A stretch of DNA of 64,000 nt from Eledone cirrhosa (Eukaryota): contig OZ024741.1 in assembly GCA_964016885.1 (NCBI GenBank), positions 63,798,001-63,862,000 of the forward strand. Direction: 5' to 3'. The notes under the pieces were generated by a model that searched no databases, was not told where the DNA came from, and saw only the letters and a list, made by a program, of their open reading frames with translations. Shown one piece after another: positions 1-15,250 of the stretch. The position numbers were made by a program, and so were the translations under genes. Numbering within the stretch: the stretch's first letter is position 1; each line of letters starts with the position of its first letter.

Positions 1-255
1 GTATGGTAAGCAAATGGGGTCCCACGTGCTGGCCTTCCCACAGCCCCGGCGGACAAAATGGAGAAGGCATTTTCTCGGAGGATGGTAAGGGAGATGCGCT
101 GGAAGAGCCATTCCAACTCGCAAGGTTCACACCTGCGGCTGGCCAGCTCAGCGCCTATGGTGGTGAGTAGGGATGTAGCTCTAGAGCCAAGGAAACCAGA
201 AGTCTCCACTGCTAAGAGCCTGACCACGAACCTGTCGGAGAGCGATCGGTACTTT
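1..255 (-). mobile_element. CRE-like non-LTR retrotransposon, C-terminal (RLE) fragment
   Basis: Reverse translation KYRSLSDRFVVRLLAVETSGFLGSRATSLLTTIGAELASRRCEPCELEWLFQRISLTILREN is homologous to 5041-5260 in this window. Confidence 0.7.
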
Positions 256-257
256 AC

Positions 258-1560
258 TTTTCTTGTTGTATCACTCATGTCCCCCATCCAGTTCTGTTTA
301 GTTTCTCAGATAATAGTATCAGTGCTCTGTAGAAAAGCAACTGGTCTTTACAGCCATATGAACCTTTGTAGCATCTTTTCTGTTCTTCCGAAAGCAGGTT
401 GTGTTTTTTCTTCAGGTGTTTGATCAATTTCTGCGAAAACATTGCAGTTAAACTTTTGTATGTTATATGAAGGAATGTTATGAGCCTGCAGTTATCAGTG
501 TTGGCTGTTTAATTATTCTTGGGGATCAGGATGGTTTCCCCTTAGTGAGCCAGTCAAGTATTTTTTGTAGCTCTGTCAGTATCTCATTAATTACATCATG
601 TGTCTCTGTTAAATACTTCAACCAAAAGTTTGGGATCTTGTCACATCCCGGTACCATCCAGTTGCTTCCTTTTTTTCAGTGAGCTAGACACATCATCTGC
701 TGAGATATCTTCCCACAGTTGTTCAAGTGCCGTGTTCGTTATTCTTGCTAGTTCTATGCATTTTTATTTCCCTTCTCTTTCTACTCATAATATTCTCCTG
801 AACTCTTCCGTTTCTTTTAATTTCGGGATATATTTACCACCATTTTGCTCCTATTAAGTTCCTGGTAGAGTCGTTTTAGTTTGGAGTGAAATAGCTGGTT
901 TTGTTAAAAAACAATCATTCGGCGCTATTCATTACTCCAGATTATTTGTGCCTTTGCAGGTATTTATTGTCTTAGGCATTCTTTAGCCTCCAGGAATTCC
1001 TTTTCTGTTATATTTCTTCTGTACACTTATTGTCTTTCCAATTACTGTTTTGTTGTTTTCTTTCCTATTTCGTTTACGATTCAGAGGTCTTTTCTTTTGT
1101 TTTCTATCTTTTTTCATTGTAACCATGTTTGACCATAGAAAGATCTGTTCTTTGGAGTTCTTGGATTATTTTTAGCTGAATCATATTGTGGTCTTGATTT
1201 CGTCTTTAGGGTTTCTTTTACCTAAATCTTTTCATTTACATTTTTGGCTGTGTTGTCCTGAACCAGTTTTTATTTGTCAATACTCTGTATGTCTAATAGT
1301 GTTGGGGTTGCGTTTTGTTGTTTACTATATCTGTTTTGGTTATGTCGATTTTATCTTCATGTTCTAACTTCCCAATATGTTTATGTTCGTTGTTTTGTGT
1401 TCGTTATTTGTGTTTTATGTATTTGTTCATTTAAGAGCACTATTTCCATGTATGATTTTTTTGCTTTGTTTTTAATATGTATCTCCTTAAATTTGCTACT
1501 TTGTTTGGCTCTAACGCTAAATAAGAGTGTGGGTTGGTTCTTGCCAGATTTTATATGTGT
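258..1560 (-). mobile_element. Degenerate R4/Dong-like non-LTR RT fragment
   Basis: Minus strand gives ...TILIPK...NTDNCRLITFL and HNLLSEEQKRCYKGSYGCKDQLL (R4-type NYRPITCL / EQKGC..GCKDQLL motifs) with stops and frameshifts. Right boundary is approximate. Confidence 0.6.
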
Positions 1561-2494
1561 TGTTATTTCCATTTTAAGCTATAGTGTTGTAAGATATGCC
1601 GATACTTAAAGTCCGATTTCCTATTTCGAATGAGGAATATCATATGGATATATACCCATCGTTTATAAAATTGAGGACAGCCCAACGAGAGGAGCTGAGA
1701 CAGTGTATCATGTGCTTACTCATAGATGAACCCCGCAATAAAAGGTACTAATAAATATGAGTGTCATCTTAAAACATTAATGACGAGATTGTTCCTTGTT
1801 TCGTTATATCTTTTATGGCAAAATATAGACACGAGGTTAGCATTGACGATATGTAATCAAGGTGGATTTTCTGAACATACAAGTCATAAGGACTCCGAAA
1901 CCCCGAAACTATTTCGGAGTTGTACTTCGTAGCGGGTGTGGAGAGGAATAGCAAAATCCCGGCTGCTATAGATTTGACATTATAGGTTACTTAATGAGTT
2001 TTTGTCCGGAAAACTTAAGAACCCGAAAGAAAAACAATCATCACAGACAGTAATAGCAAAATCAGATCACGGTGACTGCCTTCTTCGTGGCACTATCGGA
2101 GCTTCGGGGTGGAGATTGCTTAGTCCTTGATTCCAAGCACTAAGAAGTTGAGGAGATCCTTTCTTAAGGCTTTAATCAGTAGCTTAAAACAATCATCTTG
2201 CAATTATGAAACGGATATGGAAAACGAGCAGGAGAAGATCAGAATGCTGGAAACAACCAAGAAAAATTACAATCCAGAAAACAGTGAGCAAAATGTATAA
2301 AAAACGTGTTCATCTACCTTAGTTACTGTGAAAGGTTTAGTTCTTCGCACATATATGGACCCATGACCCCGATGGAGCCGTGTGGTCGCTGACGTAGCAT
2401 ACGCCGTCTTGTGCATTTTAAATGTGGCGGAGCCCATCACCTCTCATAGAAGAGGAAGAGAGTAAGAAAGGGGAATTGAGAAAGAATTGTAGAG

Positions 2495-2660
2495 GAAGAA
2501 TTGATCCCAGTGCTGGACTGGTACTTTTTTATCGACATCGAAAGAATGAAAGGTCAAGTAGATGTCGGCATGATTCGAACTCAGAACGCACATAGAAGCG
2601 GAACGAATACCACAAAGCGTTTTATCTGACGGTCTAATGACTGTTAATTCCCCGCCTTCT
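2495..2660 (-). mobile_element. tRNA-derived SINE, degenerate copy
   Basis: ctggtactttttt atcgacatcgaaagaatgaaagg...attcgaactcagaacg matches the SINE copies at 9385 and 63452. Confidence 0.7.
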
Positions 2661-3214
2661 TTTCGCACATGCCCTAAAATAACACAATCTGTTAGAATTA
2701 TTGATGAAGAAATTAGCTGAATAATAATGTAATATTGATTGGAGAAAATATATGCTCTGAGATTGTGGAATCTTGGAATAACAGACTGCTAAAGAAAACC
2801 ACATCAGTTATTAAATATTTACTAATATGTAACATTCAAGTATATGTGGAAGATTTCTTGCTTAGTCCGACCCCAAGGATGCTCAATGTTGTTTTCAAGT
2901 ACACCATATACAAAACGTGCTGGATAGTCAATATCATGGAGTTACCTGGTTTAAGCTTGCTGGTGAATTTCTCTATCAGGGTTATTCTATTTGTTCATTA
3001 TGTTTTACTTAAGTTATATCTGTTTAAATATTCGGTGATTTTATATGATTATTTATTTGATGTGATTAATTCATATTAATTTGGTTTAAATATACCCAAA
3101 TGTATACTGGCTAATTTCTCTGATAGTCTCTCTTTATATTTTATATATTCTGTCCACACCCAAACGTTTGTAAACCCTACGTCTACCTTTGATTTGTTTT
3201 GTAAGTATGATGCC

Positions 3215-3760
3215 CAAGAATATTTTGAAAGTCGTAAAATGCTTTGTTCCGATCCTTTCCGTTCTAAGTTCGAATCCGGCCGTAATTGTCTTTCATTCTT
3301 GTAAAATCAATAAAAGGGCCATAGAATTATGCGTGTCGATTAACCTTTTCCCAAGAATTTCTGTCCTGAAACCTATGTTAGAAACAATTATTATTATCAT
3401 GCAAAGGGTGATTGGCCGAGTCATTAAAGCGAAAGGCATATGGTTTGCGGTGTTTGTTCCGGTTCTTTAGGTTCTGAGTTTAAATCCCGCTGAGATTAAC
3501 TTTGCCTTTCATACCAATAAAATAAAGTCCCAGTCAGGTATTAGTGTCGATATAATCGATTTCTCCAACTCCTTAAACTTGCTGGGTTTGTCCCTAAATT
3601 AGAAATCATTATAAATGAAGGCGTTGAAGGGGGTATTATTTAAGACTCTGAGTTCAAATGCAAAGTCAGCATTACGCTTTCATCACTCGGAAGTCATAAA
3701 ATATGTACAGGTCAAATACTGCATCAAATGATCAAGTGTACTTGTTCCTAAAAATATATG
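3215..3760 (+). mobile_element. Cluster of three degenerate SINE copies
   Basis: Box B-like gttcgaatcc / gagtttaaatccc / gagttcaaat, each followed by a ctttcat...aaaat core. Confidence 0.6.
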
Positions 3761-3769
3761 CTGTATTAT

Positions 3770-4200
3770 GCACTAATTGTAATTGTTGTAACAATATCTG
3801 TTGACATTATCATTGATCCGTTAGTTTCCATAAGGTTGGCGTTCATATTGATAATGAGGACAGTTTTGACAATGGAGTTGCTGGCAGTAGCTTGAGTGTA
3901 GTAGTAGTTGATTGCGGTTATGATGGTTGCTGATGCCGTAGTAATGGTTATTGGGATATTAGTGGAAGAGGTTATCATTTTAGTAAGGATTGTGGTGGTA
4001 GTTGCCGTAGTAATGGTTACTGGGATATTAGTGGAAATGGTTTGATTTTAGTAAAGGTTGTGGTGGTAATTGTAATAATGTTGGTAGTGCTATTTTTGCA
4101 TTGATAGTATCATTAGCGGATGGTGGTGGTGCTGCTGATGATGATGATCATGATAACCAACATCATGGTGATGGCGATGATTATGATGATGATGAAGACA
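3770..4200. repeat. Low-complexity (GGT/GAT/GTA)n region
   Basis: Degenerate trinucleotide repeats with an internal duplication (3935-4000 vs 4003-4070). Confidence 0.6.
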
Positions 4201-4384
4201 ACTTTTACGACAATGGTGTTATTCTATAGTATTTGGAATATGTGTTATACCGTTCAAAATAAGCCATTTTTCTTCTCCCGCGCAGCATAAAAGTCACTCC
4301 ACTTTTTGAACTATTTATATAATTCTTTCGTCGGTAACCTCGTGCTGCGTCCTCGTCAGCAGGGTTTTTCATAACACAGCAGAA

Positions 4385-5270
4385 CCCTCTATGTTCAGAG
4401 AACGTGAGGCCGCCTGTGAGACGTGGGACCGGCTGGGACTTAGCCCAGTAGACGTCCCTTCTCCTTCTCCCCCTGTTGACGTCAAGTCCCCCCAACGCAC
4501 TTGGGAAGCCATCCAGTGCAGCCTGGCCTCAGACAGGCTCACGTGCCAGCTCGACTAACACTGCCTTGCTTGTTTTAGTGCGGCCTCCAAACCCCACAGT
4601 GGTGCCTGGCTCCATGCCCTTCTTTCCTTCTCCACTGGTACGCAGCTAGACAACCATAGCCTGCGCATCGGCGTTTCCCTGAGGCCGGCCTCCGGATCTG
4701 CCAGCCACACCCATGTCGATGCGGTTCCACCGTGGACTCTTTCGGCCTCCACTCGCTTTCCTGTCGCCACAGTGCCGGCCGCATTCCACGCCATGCTACC
4801 CTCAACGAGGTCATTAAGCATGGCTTGGACGTTACAGGCTTCCCTACCCAGCTCGAGCCGGTGGGGGTGGATCGAGGGGACGGCAAAAGGCCAGATGGCA
4901 TGACCATCTTCCCGTTTCGCGGTGGCAAACCCCTCGTCTGGGATGCCACTTGCACCGACACTTTCTGCAGCCGCAACCTGGTGCAGTCTGCGACTGACCC
5001 AGGTTCTGGTGCACGTCGGGCTGAGCGGGCCAAACTCCTCAAATACCGATCGCTCTCCGATAGGTTTGCAGTCGTACCCCTGGCAGTGGAGACTTCTGGT
5101 GTTCTCGGCCCCAGGGCTACCTCCTTACTCACGACCATGAGCTGGCCAGTTGCAGGTGTGAGCCCCGCGAGTTGGAATGGCTCTTCCAGCGCGTCTCCCT
5201 CGCCGTCCTCCGGGGAAACGCCTTCTCCATTCTGTCCGTCGGGGCTGTGGGTGGGCCCCATCGCGTACCG
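4385..5270 (+). mobile_element. CRE-like non-LTR retrotransposon 3' part (Zn knuckle + restriction-like endonuclease)
   Basis: HSLSC...RH...GDGKRPDG...PLVWDATCTDT...AERAKLLKY...PLAVETSG is an RLE domain (PD..D). GC-rich; frameshifted at the end. Confidence 0.8.
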
Positions 5271-5323
5271 TTGTAGTTGTTGTAGAAGAAACAGGAAGAC
5301 AACATCTAAACTAAAACTTTACA

Positions 5324-7517
5324 TCTATATATTAACTTCAACAATGTCAGTATTCCGTGTGTCATAATTCTCGATTATCATTGGTTCATAGGTTTCAAAC
5401 GACTTCGCCCACCTCAACGACGCCAAACTTAAATTAATATGCATAATGCCAATGAGGGAGTGAGAGGGGAGAGAAAGAAACAGAGAGGCAAAGTGAACGC
5501 TGAGTTGGATACGCTATTTATATGTGTCAGTGTAGAGACATGTGTGTGTGTGATGTGTGTGTGGAAATAAGAGGGGAAGGAAAGCAATAACTATTAAAAT
5601 GTGTGCGTGTGTATGTACCTGCGCGTATGTTTATGTGTGTGTGCGTGCGTGCAGCGTTCCACAGAAAGTAAAAACTATCAACATTTGTGAGTGTGTGGTG
5701 TGTGTAAGTGCACGGGTGTGTGTGTAAGTTTGTGTGCGTGTGTGCGTTTCCATGTGTGTATGATGTGTGTACGTGCGGCGTTCCACAATCGCCACGCAGT
5801 TTGTCTGTCTGTGTGCCTGTCTGTTAGTCTAACATACACAGAGTTGTGGAGGGAGTAAATATGGACCTTTTTTTACATTGACGGACTTCTTTTATATTTA
5901 TTATTGTGTCATTTTTTGACAATTGCTCGAAATGAATACTGATAATAAAAGGAATTCAACTTTATCAAACAGTGAACTACAGCAGCGACGGCATGCAGCC
6001 AGGAATGAAGAAAAACAGGCCGAACGGCGCCATCGGAACGCCGAACTTCAGAGGCGAAGACGTGCTGCCATGAATGAAGAGGAGCTGGTTGAACAACGCC
6101 AACGAAACACTGGAGCCAAGCAGCGACGGCGTGCTGCGATGGTTGAAGACGAACTGTCTGAGCATCATCTTTTATATTAATTATCTATATCTATATCTAC
6201 ATATAATTAATATAAAAGATGATGCTCAACCAGTTCGTCTTCAACCATCGCAGCACGCCGTCGCTGCTTGGCTCAAATGTTTCGTTGGCAATGTTCAGCC
6301 AGCTACTCTTCATTCATGGCGGCACGTCTTCGCCATGAATGAAAAGGAGCTGGCTATCTATATCTTTATCTATATCTACATATGAAGGCAGTCGAGGCTA
6401 AGGGACCTGGCATTCGCCGACGACATCGCTTTGATCGCTAAAACAGTGCAGATCTGCAGGCCCTAACAACATCACTACAAGAGAGTGCGGAAAAGATCGG
6501 CCTGAGAATCAACACCAAAAAGACCAAGGTCATGAGAACGGCCAGCAACACAGGTCCAGTGATCAGAGTCAACCAACAGGACCTCGAGGAAGTCGATCAC
6601 TTCACCTATCTGGGCAGCCTCCTGACAAGCAGCGGCGACGCGGAGCTCGACTTCAACTGGCGGATCGCCAAAGGAGCCGCAGTGTTCCAGCGGCTGTGCC
6701 CAGTCTGGTCATCTTCATGCATTAGCACCAAGACCAAGCTCCGCCTGTACAAGAGCATCGTGCTGCAGACAGTGCTCTATGCGAGCGAGACCTGGAAGAG
6801 TACGGCAAAAATAGAGAGACGGCTGAACGCTTTCCACCAGCGGTGCCTGCGAAAGATCCTTCGTGTGTCCTGCCGCGAGCCGAATCGTGGACGCTACCGA
6901 GTGGTCACGGAGTGTCGGTGCCGTCTGGCTGGCCATATTCTGCGTCTGCCAAATGAACGGCATTCGAAAACAGCGATGAACTGGACTCCGCCTGGTGGTA
7001 AACAGAGGCGGAGTTGCCCAAGGATCACCTGACGACGAACGTTTCGGAAGGACCTGATGGCAGTCAACATCACCTGGCACGGTCTCGAAAAAGTTACCGC
7101 TGGTTGTGACCGTTGGCGAGTACTTACTGCTCGATGCGCCGAACGGAGCGGAAGATTCTAAGACTAAGATATCTAAATATAATATAAAAGATTGGAACTT
7201 CCATCATCCTTTTGAGAAACGTGGAAGAACCACGTCTATACAATGATACACGTTTTACAGTCAAGCAGAAGATGAACCATGTCCCAGAGGTCACTATTCT
7301 AGGTGGGAGCACCTAGAATTGTTCATATACTATTCACAAACGGTACAACGAAGAATCTGGTATATCTGGAAGATTTTTTTTACTGTTTTTTGTATCACAC
7401 AGACATCACGGACTCGCCTCATACTGTAACCAGACAAACATCCAATACAGTCATTTTCTCTTTTACCTGTTTCTCTTATCATCTGTTTACCCGGGCGAAG
7501 CTGGATACGTCAGCTAG
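5324..7517 (+). mobile_element. Non-autonomous/decayed Helitron, interrupted by an RTE fragment
   Basis: RepHel-like N-terminal QRRRAAMNEEE repeats (5923-6180). Pif1 C-terminal-like SRVGAPRIVHILFTNGTTKNLVYLE (about 7298-7375). 3' hairpin cccgggcgaagctgg followed by CTAG|T at 7514-7518. The 5' TC start is tentative. Confidence 0.65.
6385..7160 (+). mobile_element. RTE-clade LINE, 5'-truncated RT C-terminus
   Basis: DLAFADDIAL, FTYLGS, TKLRLYKSIV..VLYASETW, RLAGHILR; frameshifted. Confidence 0.9.
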
Positions 7518-8679
7518 TTGTATCTATTTCAAATATACAAGTATATCACTGTAATCTTTCCATACAGACCACATTTTACGTGGGACTCCACAGTTTACCT
7601 AATATTTCTGAAAAACAGTTGAAGAATTAATTATGGGTAGTGAGATTTATTGAAAAAAATAATTTTTCTTCATTCTTTTCCACTCACATTCATTTGAAAC
7701 AAAACCTATATATTCTAACAAACATCAGATCTATTTGTGTAATAAATCTATCAATACATTTGGATTAAATTGTATTAGAGCTATTTACTATTTACTTATT
7801 TTACGGTGGCATTTCGTATAATCATATAGAGAAAGCATATTTTTCTTCTCTTGGCTTTATCCTAATCTCCAGTCATTTCTGTATTGTTAGAAGATTTATG
7901 TTTATCTTCAGTCAGAAAAATCTTGCAAGGATGTCTGTAATATATAAGTAATATAATATGCCTGTTATAATACAAGTTAAGCATCAAAGAGAAGATATTT
8001 TCAAATTAAGCCAATATGATTTCTATTTATCAGTTGAGAGTACTCAGTGTGTCCATAACCTTTTAATGTATCTATGTAAAAATTTGTTCTATATGATTGT
8101 ATCTTCTGATACTAAGAGTACAAATGACCAAGAATCCAATAGCTCATAGAATGTAAAATGCAGTTAAGTGTTATGTTCCCTAAAACAATTATTTCGTTCA
8201 GTTCGCGGTCTAAATATATTTAACCACAAGTATACATTTGTAGGATAGCATTAAGTTCACCATTGTTAGCAAGGACAAAACTGTAGATCATTGAGGAAAA
8301 TGTCTTAGAACTATAGCGATGTGTTTAATTCCACAGTGAAAGAATACTAACCTGTAATATACTGAGGTCTATTAACGGGGAGAGTTTTCTCTTACCAGCT
8401 TCACGAGATAGTAACAGGAGATAATCACACTGACTGTACAACGTAGAGATCTGTATGACTCTAATTAATATACTAAGTGAGAATACTATTGTTTTTTAAC
8501 ATAAAGACAAATTCAAACAAATTCACTGTGCGGTGTTGTCAATTAAATTGAACTAGGCACTTGACTGATACTTTGTTTATCTATCTATCGATAACTGGAT
8601 TTGGGATATAAATGGATATCACTAAACAGAGTAAAGCATTTTATAATCGATTAATAATCGATTAATAATCGATTCTGAT

Positions 8680-9570
8680 TTAACCACAAGGTCAATAATT
8701 TTGGGGAAGGGGAAAGTCGATTGAACCGACTACAGTTTGTTTAAGGTATTTTATTTTATCAACCCCGTAAGAATGAAAGGCAAAGCTAACCTCGGTGGTA
8801 TTTGAACTTAGAACGTAAAGAGACATAACTATGTGCCGCAATGCATGTTGTCCTACTCTCTATGGAAACTGCCAATCAACCGCCATAATAATAATAACAA
8901 TAATAATAATAAAGATGATAATAATAATTGCTTCTACTTTTGGCACAAGACCAGCAATTATCTCAGTGCATTACTGGTATTTTATTTTATCGACCCCGTA
9001 AGGATGAAAGGCAAAGTTAACCTCGGCGGGATAATAATAATAATTGCTAACATTGAAAACAAATCTATTTTGAGGTAGGTTATAATCGATTATATCGACT
9101 CAGTACTTGGTTAACACTTGTTTTACAGATCCCAGAACAATTAAAAGAAAGGTCAACCTCGGCATGTCAACACGGATGTGACTAATTAACACAAGTTAAG
9201 GCTCTATCGATTTTGACAATCAATCGCCTAAAACTTATAAGTTTGTCGAACAGACATGTCTCGAACAAATCCCTTTTTAAATGATTCTCGCAAGATGTAT
9301 ACTTTTAGACAAGCAGAAATATACCTCAACACTTATACATATAAAGTTTTCAGGAACATAATATTAACAATCAGTTTTTTTTCTACTTTTTGGCGCAAGG
9401 CCAGCAATTATCCCAGTGCGTTACTGGTACTTTATTTTATCGACCCCGTAAGGATGAAAGGCAAAGTTAACCCCGGCAGGATTTGAATTCAGACCGTAAA
9501 GGGCAGTGACTCTATGCTACAAAGGATGGCGTCCAGCCCTCTACTGATACTGCCAATCCACCGCCCATAA
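8680..9570 (-). mobile_element. Cluster of four SINE copies (about 8680-8885, 8930-9030, 9075-9165, 9385-9570)
   Basis: Repeated ctggtactttattttatcgaccccgtaaggatgaaaggcaaagttaacctcggc; the reverse strand shows tRNA box A/B-like motifs. Confidence 0.8.
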
Positions 9571-10019
9571 TATTAACAATAAGATTAATTGTTTCATTAT
9601 GCAATACACGTTCCTTGAATTTTTTGCTCTTGAACTAGTGCTCTTTGGAGCCGTTGAGTAATTATGATCTTAGGTACTCGGATAACTATGATGTATGTAT
9701 ATATATATATATATATATGCAACATTCGGTAATTTTGAACTAAAGATTGGAATTAATAACTTCTTGCAAGCATTTCCATTTATTCTTATTGAGGGATTTC
9801 CAACTATTAAACTTCTAGAAAGATTATTTTCTCGTGACAGATGGTCAAATACTAAATTTAAAAAAAAAGAAGCTTTTCGTTATTTCCAAAATTAATTAAA
9901 ACACACAGTGAGTGTGTTTTACTAATTTTTTTTGGCAATATTATAACAATATGACCCTCCCCAAATATAATAATAAATTAATGTATTTCATAAGAAATAC
10001 AGTAATGAAGGCTTAAAGA

Positions 10020-10965
10020 AAAGTAATGCCTGTCATCACTTTAATATCAGAGAATTTGTTGTGGAAATAAACCAAAGCCAGAAAAAAAGGCATAAGTCGA
10101 GATCCGTCACTTGGATAAGAAACGACGAGGGTCCAGGACTGTGAAACCTGGATCACAAGGAGAGTAGACAAAGTGAAACCCACGTAAATAGACAATTACC
10201 TGGTCTGAACGTAAGAGGCTGGACCCCTTTCATATTTCTAAGATGTACTGATCAGTGTACGATACCATTCTAAAACTACCAAACATGCACAGACAGGGAG
10301 TGAGAGAGCACTACTGTACATCTTATGTTGTGAGATATGCACTATGGGGCACGTAGCCAAGGCAGATATAAAAACTATCACTGTAGGGCAATGTCTTAGA
10401 ACAGGAGACAACGAAACAAAAGTGCTGGAATCAAGAGGTCAATACTATACTTTCGGTTCGTATGTAAGGGCTGAAAAGTCACGCTTTCAAAATGGCCGAA
10501 GAGGTTCCTCATGCACAGGACACAACCAAGGAAAATGGGATTAGACCTGTGATGAAAACTACATTTCCTCCAGATCATCCAAATATACCTGAAGACGGAT
10601 ATTACTATATAGTTTAAGGACCAAAGAAGATTATTCTTATTCAACTGATCCGCTGAGAAGTCGAATACGATGAGGCCTCGAACAGGAAGGCCACCAAGTA
10701 CCAGTGCCTCATCCCAAAATGTAGAGAGAAAGGGTAGCAGGCCTGGACATTTCCAGTTGAGGATACTACAGGGGGTTCATGGCAGGCTGAGTGTAACAGA
10801 TGCTAAAAACTCTGGGAATAGAAAAACAAGAGATAAAGACAGCTTCTCGCAGATTAGAGAATGTAATCAAAAGAGTTTCTTGCTGACTCGTGCAGACGTG
10901 AGAGGTTGGTTTGAAGTCTAGGAGAAGACGGGCAGTGACTGGCCTTCGCTGCCGACCCATTAACT
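10020..10965 (+). mobile_element. Degenerate HERO/R2-group RLE non-LTR retrotransposon 3' part
   Basis: Fragmented translation ITWSE..., LHFPPD...LKTDI, NRKATKYQCLIPKCREKG*QAWTFPVE resembles the HERO-type C-terminus (KY..L..CREKGW.AW.FPVEVG). Confidence 0.55.
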
Positions 10966-11319
10966 AGAGACATGTGTTGCTTAGAATCAAAACGTCCGAC
11001 GACTTTTTATCCTGGCTGAAAACTACTCATACATATGTAACGAAATATTTCATCATCTGTAGGAGACATATTTTAAAGCACAACACAACTGCCGTTGTAG
11101 ATCATTATATATTCCTATATATCACATACGATCTTTTTCTCAAAGAACTGATAATATCTAAATAAGAACGAAGCAAACATTTGAAATTTGTTATTTCGGC
11201 ACTGCAGGTGGTTGTAAATTTGTTTAAGGGTTAGTCCGCCTCGTAGTCCCAGAGGACCGTAGGATTCTTCCTTTGAATTTTGAATATTCGGGTTACAACA
11301 AACAAGTAAGCCCTAATAA

Positions 11320-11461
<142 letters not shown>

Positions 11462-12016
11462 AAGAGATAGAGAGATAGAGGGGGAGACAAAGAGAGGTAG
11501 AGAGAAGGAGAGAGCAAAAATGATGCACTTAAACGCAGAAATGTTTTAGTAGCAGCTCATTGCATCTCATGAATATATAAAACTGACTAAGAGGACGGAA
11601 AGCACTGTATAGCTGAATGTCTTTTATAATTCATGACGCTGAAGACGCATTACTTTGAGTGAGCGCCGTCTACTATAGCTCTATGTTAACTAAAGCATGT
11701 TGAATTAATATTGTTTTATAGAAGTATATATATATATATATATAATTGAATACATATCTGAATATATATCTGACCAGCAATGCCTTTTGTGAAAATCAGT
11801 CATATGGAACTATTGTCATCTTGCCTGACGGTTTGAACTTTACAAAACCACATGCCTCTTTGAGGTCAAATACCAACCCTACTACCAAACTGACCAATGA
11901 GAATCAAGACTATTCCTGCTGACAACATTAAATTATTCCTAAGAAGCTCATATGTGCCAAGGCTCTGATACCATCAACACTATAAACACAGAGCTGGCAT
12001 ATCTAAGAACTGACTA

Positions 12017-12072
12017 ACTGCCTGATGAGGTCATAGCCATTCAATGGCTATCATCGAAATATATATAGCAGT
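12017..12072 (+). ncRNA. Minimal type-I hammerhead ribozyme (family A)
   Basis: ACTGC-CTGATGA-GGTC ATAGCCATT C AATGGCTAT CATC-GAAA-TATATA-TA-GCAGT: stem I ACTGC/GCAGT, intact core, palindromic stem III, AUA triplet. Confidence 0.8.
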
Positions 12073-12193
12073 AAATAAAGGATTATGAGTTCATGCAATT
12101 GACTTATGTGTCGTCACTATATATATATATATATATATAAATGGAAAAAATGAAATTTCATTTCTCACTCTTAGTAGGGCTGATACTTAAATG

Positions 12194-12802
<609 letters not shown>

Positions 12803-13111
12803 TGTATGTATGTATGTATGTATGTATGTATGTATAGAGAGATAGGGAGGGAAAGAGATTGAGATAGATAGAGAAAGAGGGGGAAGCGAGAGAGTGTGAG
12901 AGAGAGAGTGTGTGAGAGAGATAGCAGTGAATGAGCAGTTAAAATGTCCAGCAATCCGAAGAGTGGTTAATTCGTAGGTAATCTCTGGGAATGAAGAGTA
13001 CCAAGTTCCGGGTAGATATCCAGTGTTTCGAAAGAGTTTAATACGACTTTATATTTTTGAATCCCTGTCTTGTGTTGTCTTTTCTTTAACTATATATATA
13101 TACACACACAC

Positions 13112-13149
<38 letters not shown>

Positions 13150-14767
13150 CATTTACAAGCATAGCCTAAGGCATAAAAGATGAAACACATCCTAATACAA
13201 AATTCGATCTATATCTCTACATCAAGTCTTTTCTCACAATTCTAGCAAATAAGTACTAAAAAATGATTTTACTGGTTAAGCTCACAATATGACCTTCCAA
13301 CATATCGCATAAGAATCTCCACCCTACAACCACAAAAGGATTAATGGCCCGACTTCTGCCTAACACAGTCCAAAGTTATATCAAAATGTGTGTCTAATCA
13401 CTAACACTATAACCAGCCCCTGATTACTGGGCGTAAAAGAGGCAGCCTCAGCATACAGCTGTTCAAAGACTAGCTTCTTGAATGCTTTGCGTGCAGTTAG
13501 TTCGGGTTTCCAACAGTAGGGATTATGTGAGATTACCTCAACTTTGCTGGCAACGTAAAGATATATATCAACAAAGATTAATCCGACCTATGCTGAAAGA
13601 TATTTAAGGGTGTTATTTGAGAAAGACCAGGCTGCTATTTTTATCTGATTTAACAATGGTATACCCTCACTTTCATTGCAATTTGATACTAAATACAACT
13701 TGTACAATTACCTTGGTAGATACATACCTGTCTGACATCAAATAAAACACCATGTCACCACCAAACAGATTATATGTCTTCACACATTTAGTTGCATTCG
13801 TATTTTGTAGGAATATCTCGTAATACTTTCACAATCTCAAATGAAATATCAAAGTACAAAAAGACAGAATTATGTTGATGTAATTCGTTCAAACATATTT
13901 CTATGTTTACAAAATAGATTACATTTACTGTATTTCCCAGCTCTGTGAACATTGCAATAACTCGGATGTATATACAGAATATAACAACATTCCAATCTCA
14001 TAGAGATCCCTTCTTGTTTGGCTTGGAATATGGTCAAATACTGATTCAATCTTATATAAATAGCACATGTATGTTTATGTATGTGGAGGTATATACGTAT
14101 CTGTGTGTGCGAGCGTGTGTATGTATACATACATATATACATACACACATACATATATAAATGTAAATATGTATTATGTATGTATGTATGTGTGTATGTT
14201 TGTATGTATGTATATTTGTATGTATGTATGTATGTTTGTATGTATGTATCTTCATTGCTGATATACGTATAAAGTGATCTCAATATTACACACATACAAG
14301 ACACTGACTTTACCATGCAGATTCCTAATAAATAAATGTATGTGTGTCTGTGTATGTCTGTGTTTGCGTTCGTGTGTGTGTGAGTGTGTGTGTGTGTTGT
14401 CCAATTTCCATTGACATTTAAAGGATATGATTCTAAATTCTAAATTAATTGGAAGATTCTCCAGAGATCTTGACCAAATAAGAGGAATAAATGATAAGAT
14501 TTAAATACAACGAAGAAAAGCCTCCAGCCAAGAATGTTTCGTAATTTTGCTATATAAACTTAAGGCATGGAATGTTTACAAAATACTATCATGAGGATAA
14601 CTATCTACTGAAAAACTAGAATTTAATACCATCGTCTGACTAAACTTAATCTTCCTGTTATATTCTTTATGTTTCTGTGTTAATCAATGGTTCTTTCCTC
14701 CGAAATTCTTGTATCAGAACTTTCAATATACATTGTATTTATCAATGTATGTATTCATACATGTATG

Positions 14768-15250
<483 letters not shown>

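Noticed and set aside
4575-5261. 228-aa minus-strand ORF
   Set aside because: Antisense shadow of the GC-rich CRE-like RLE coding region.
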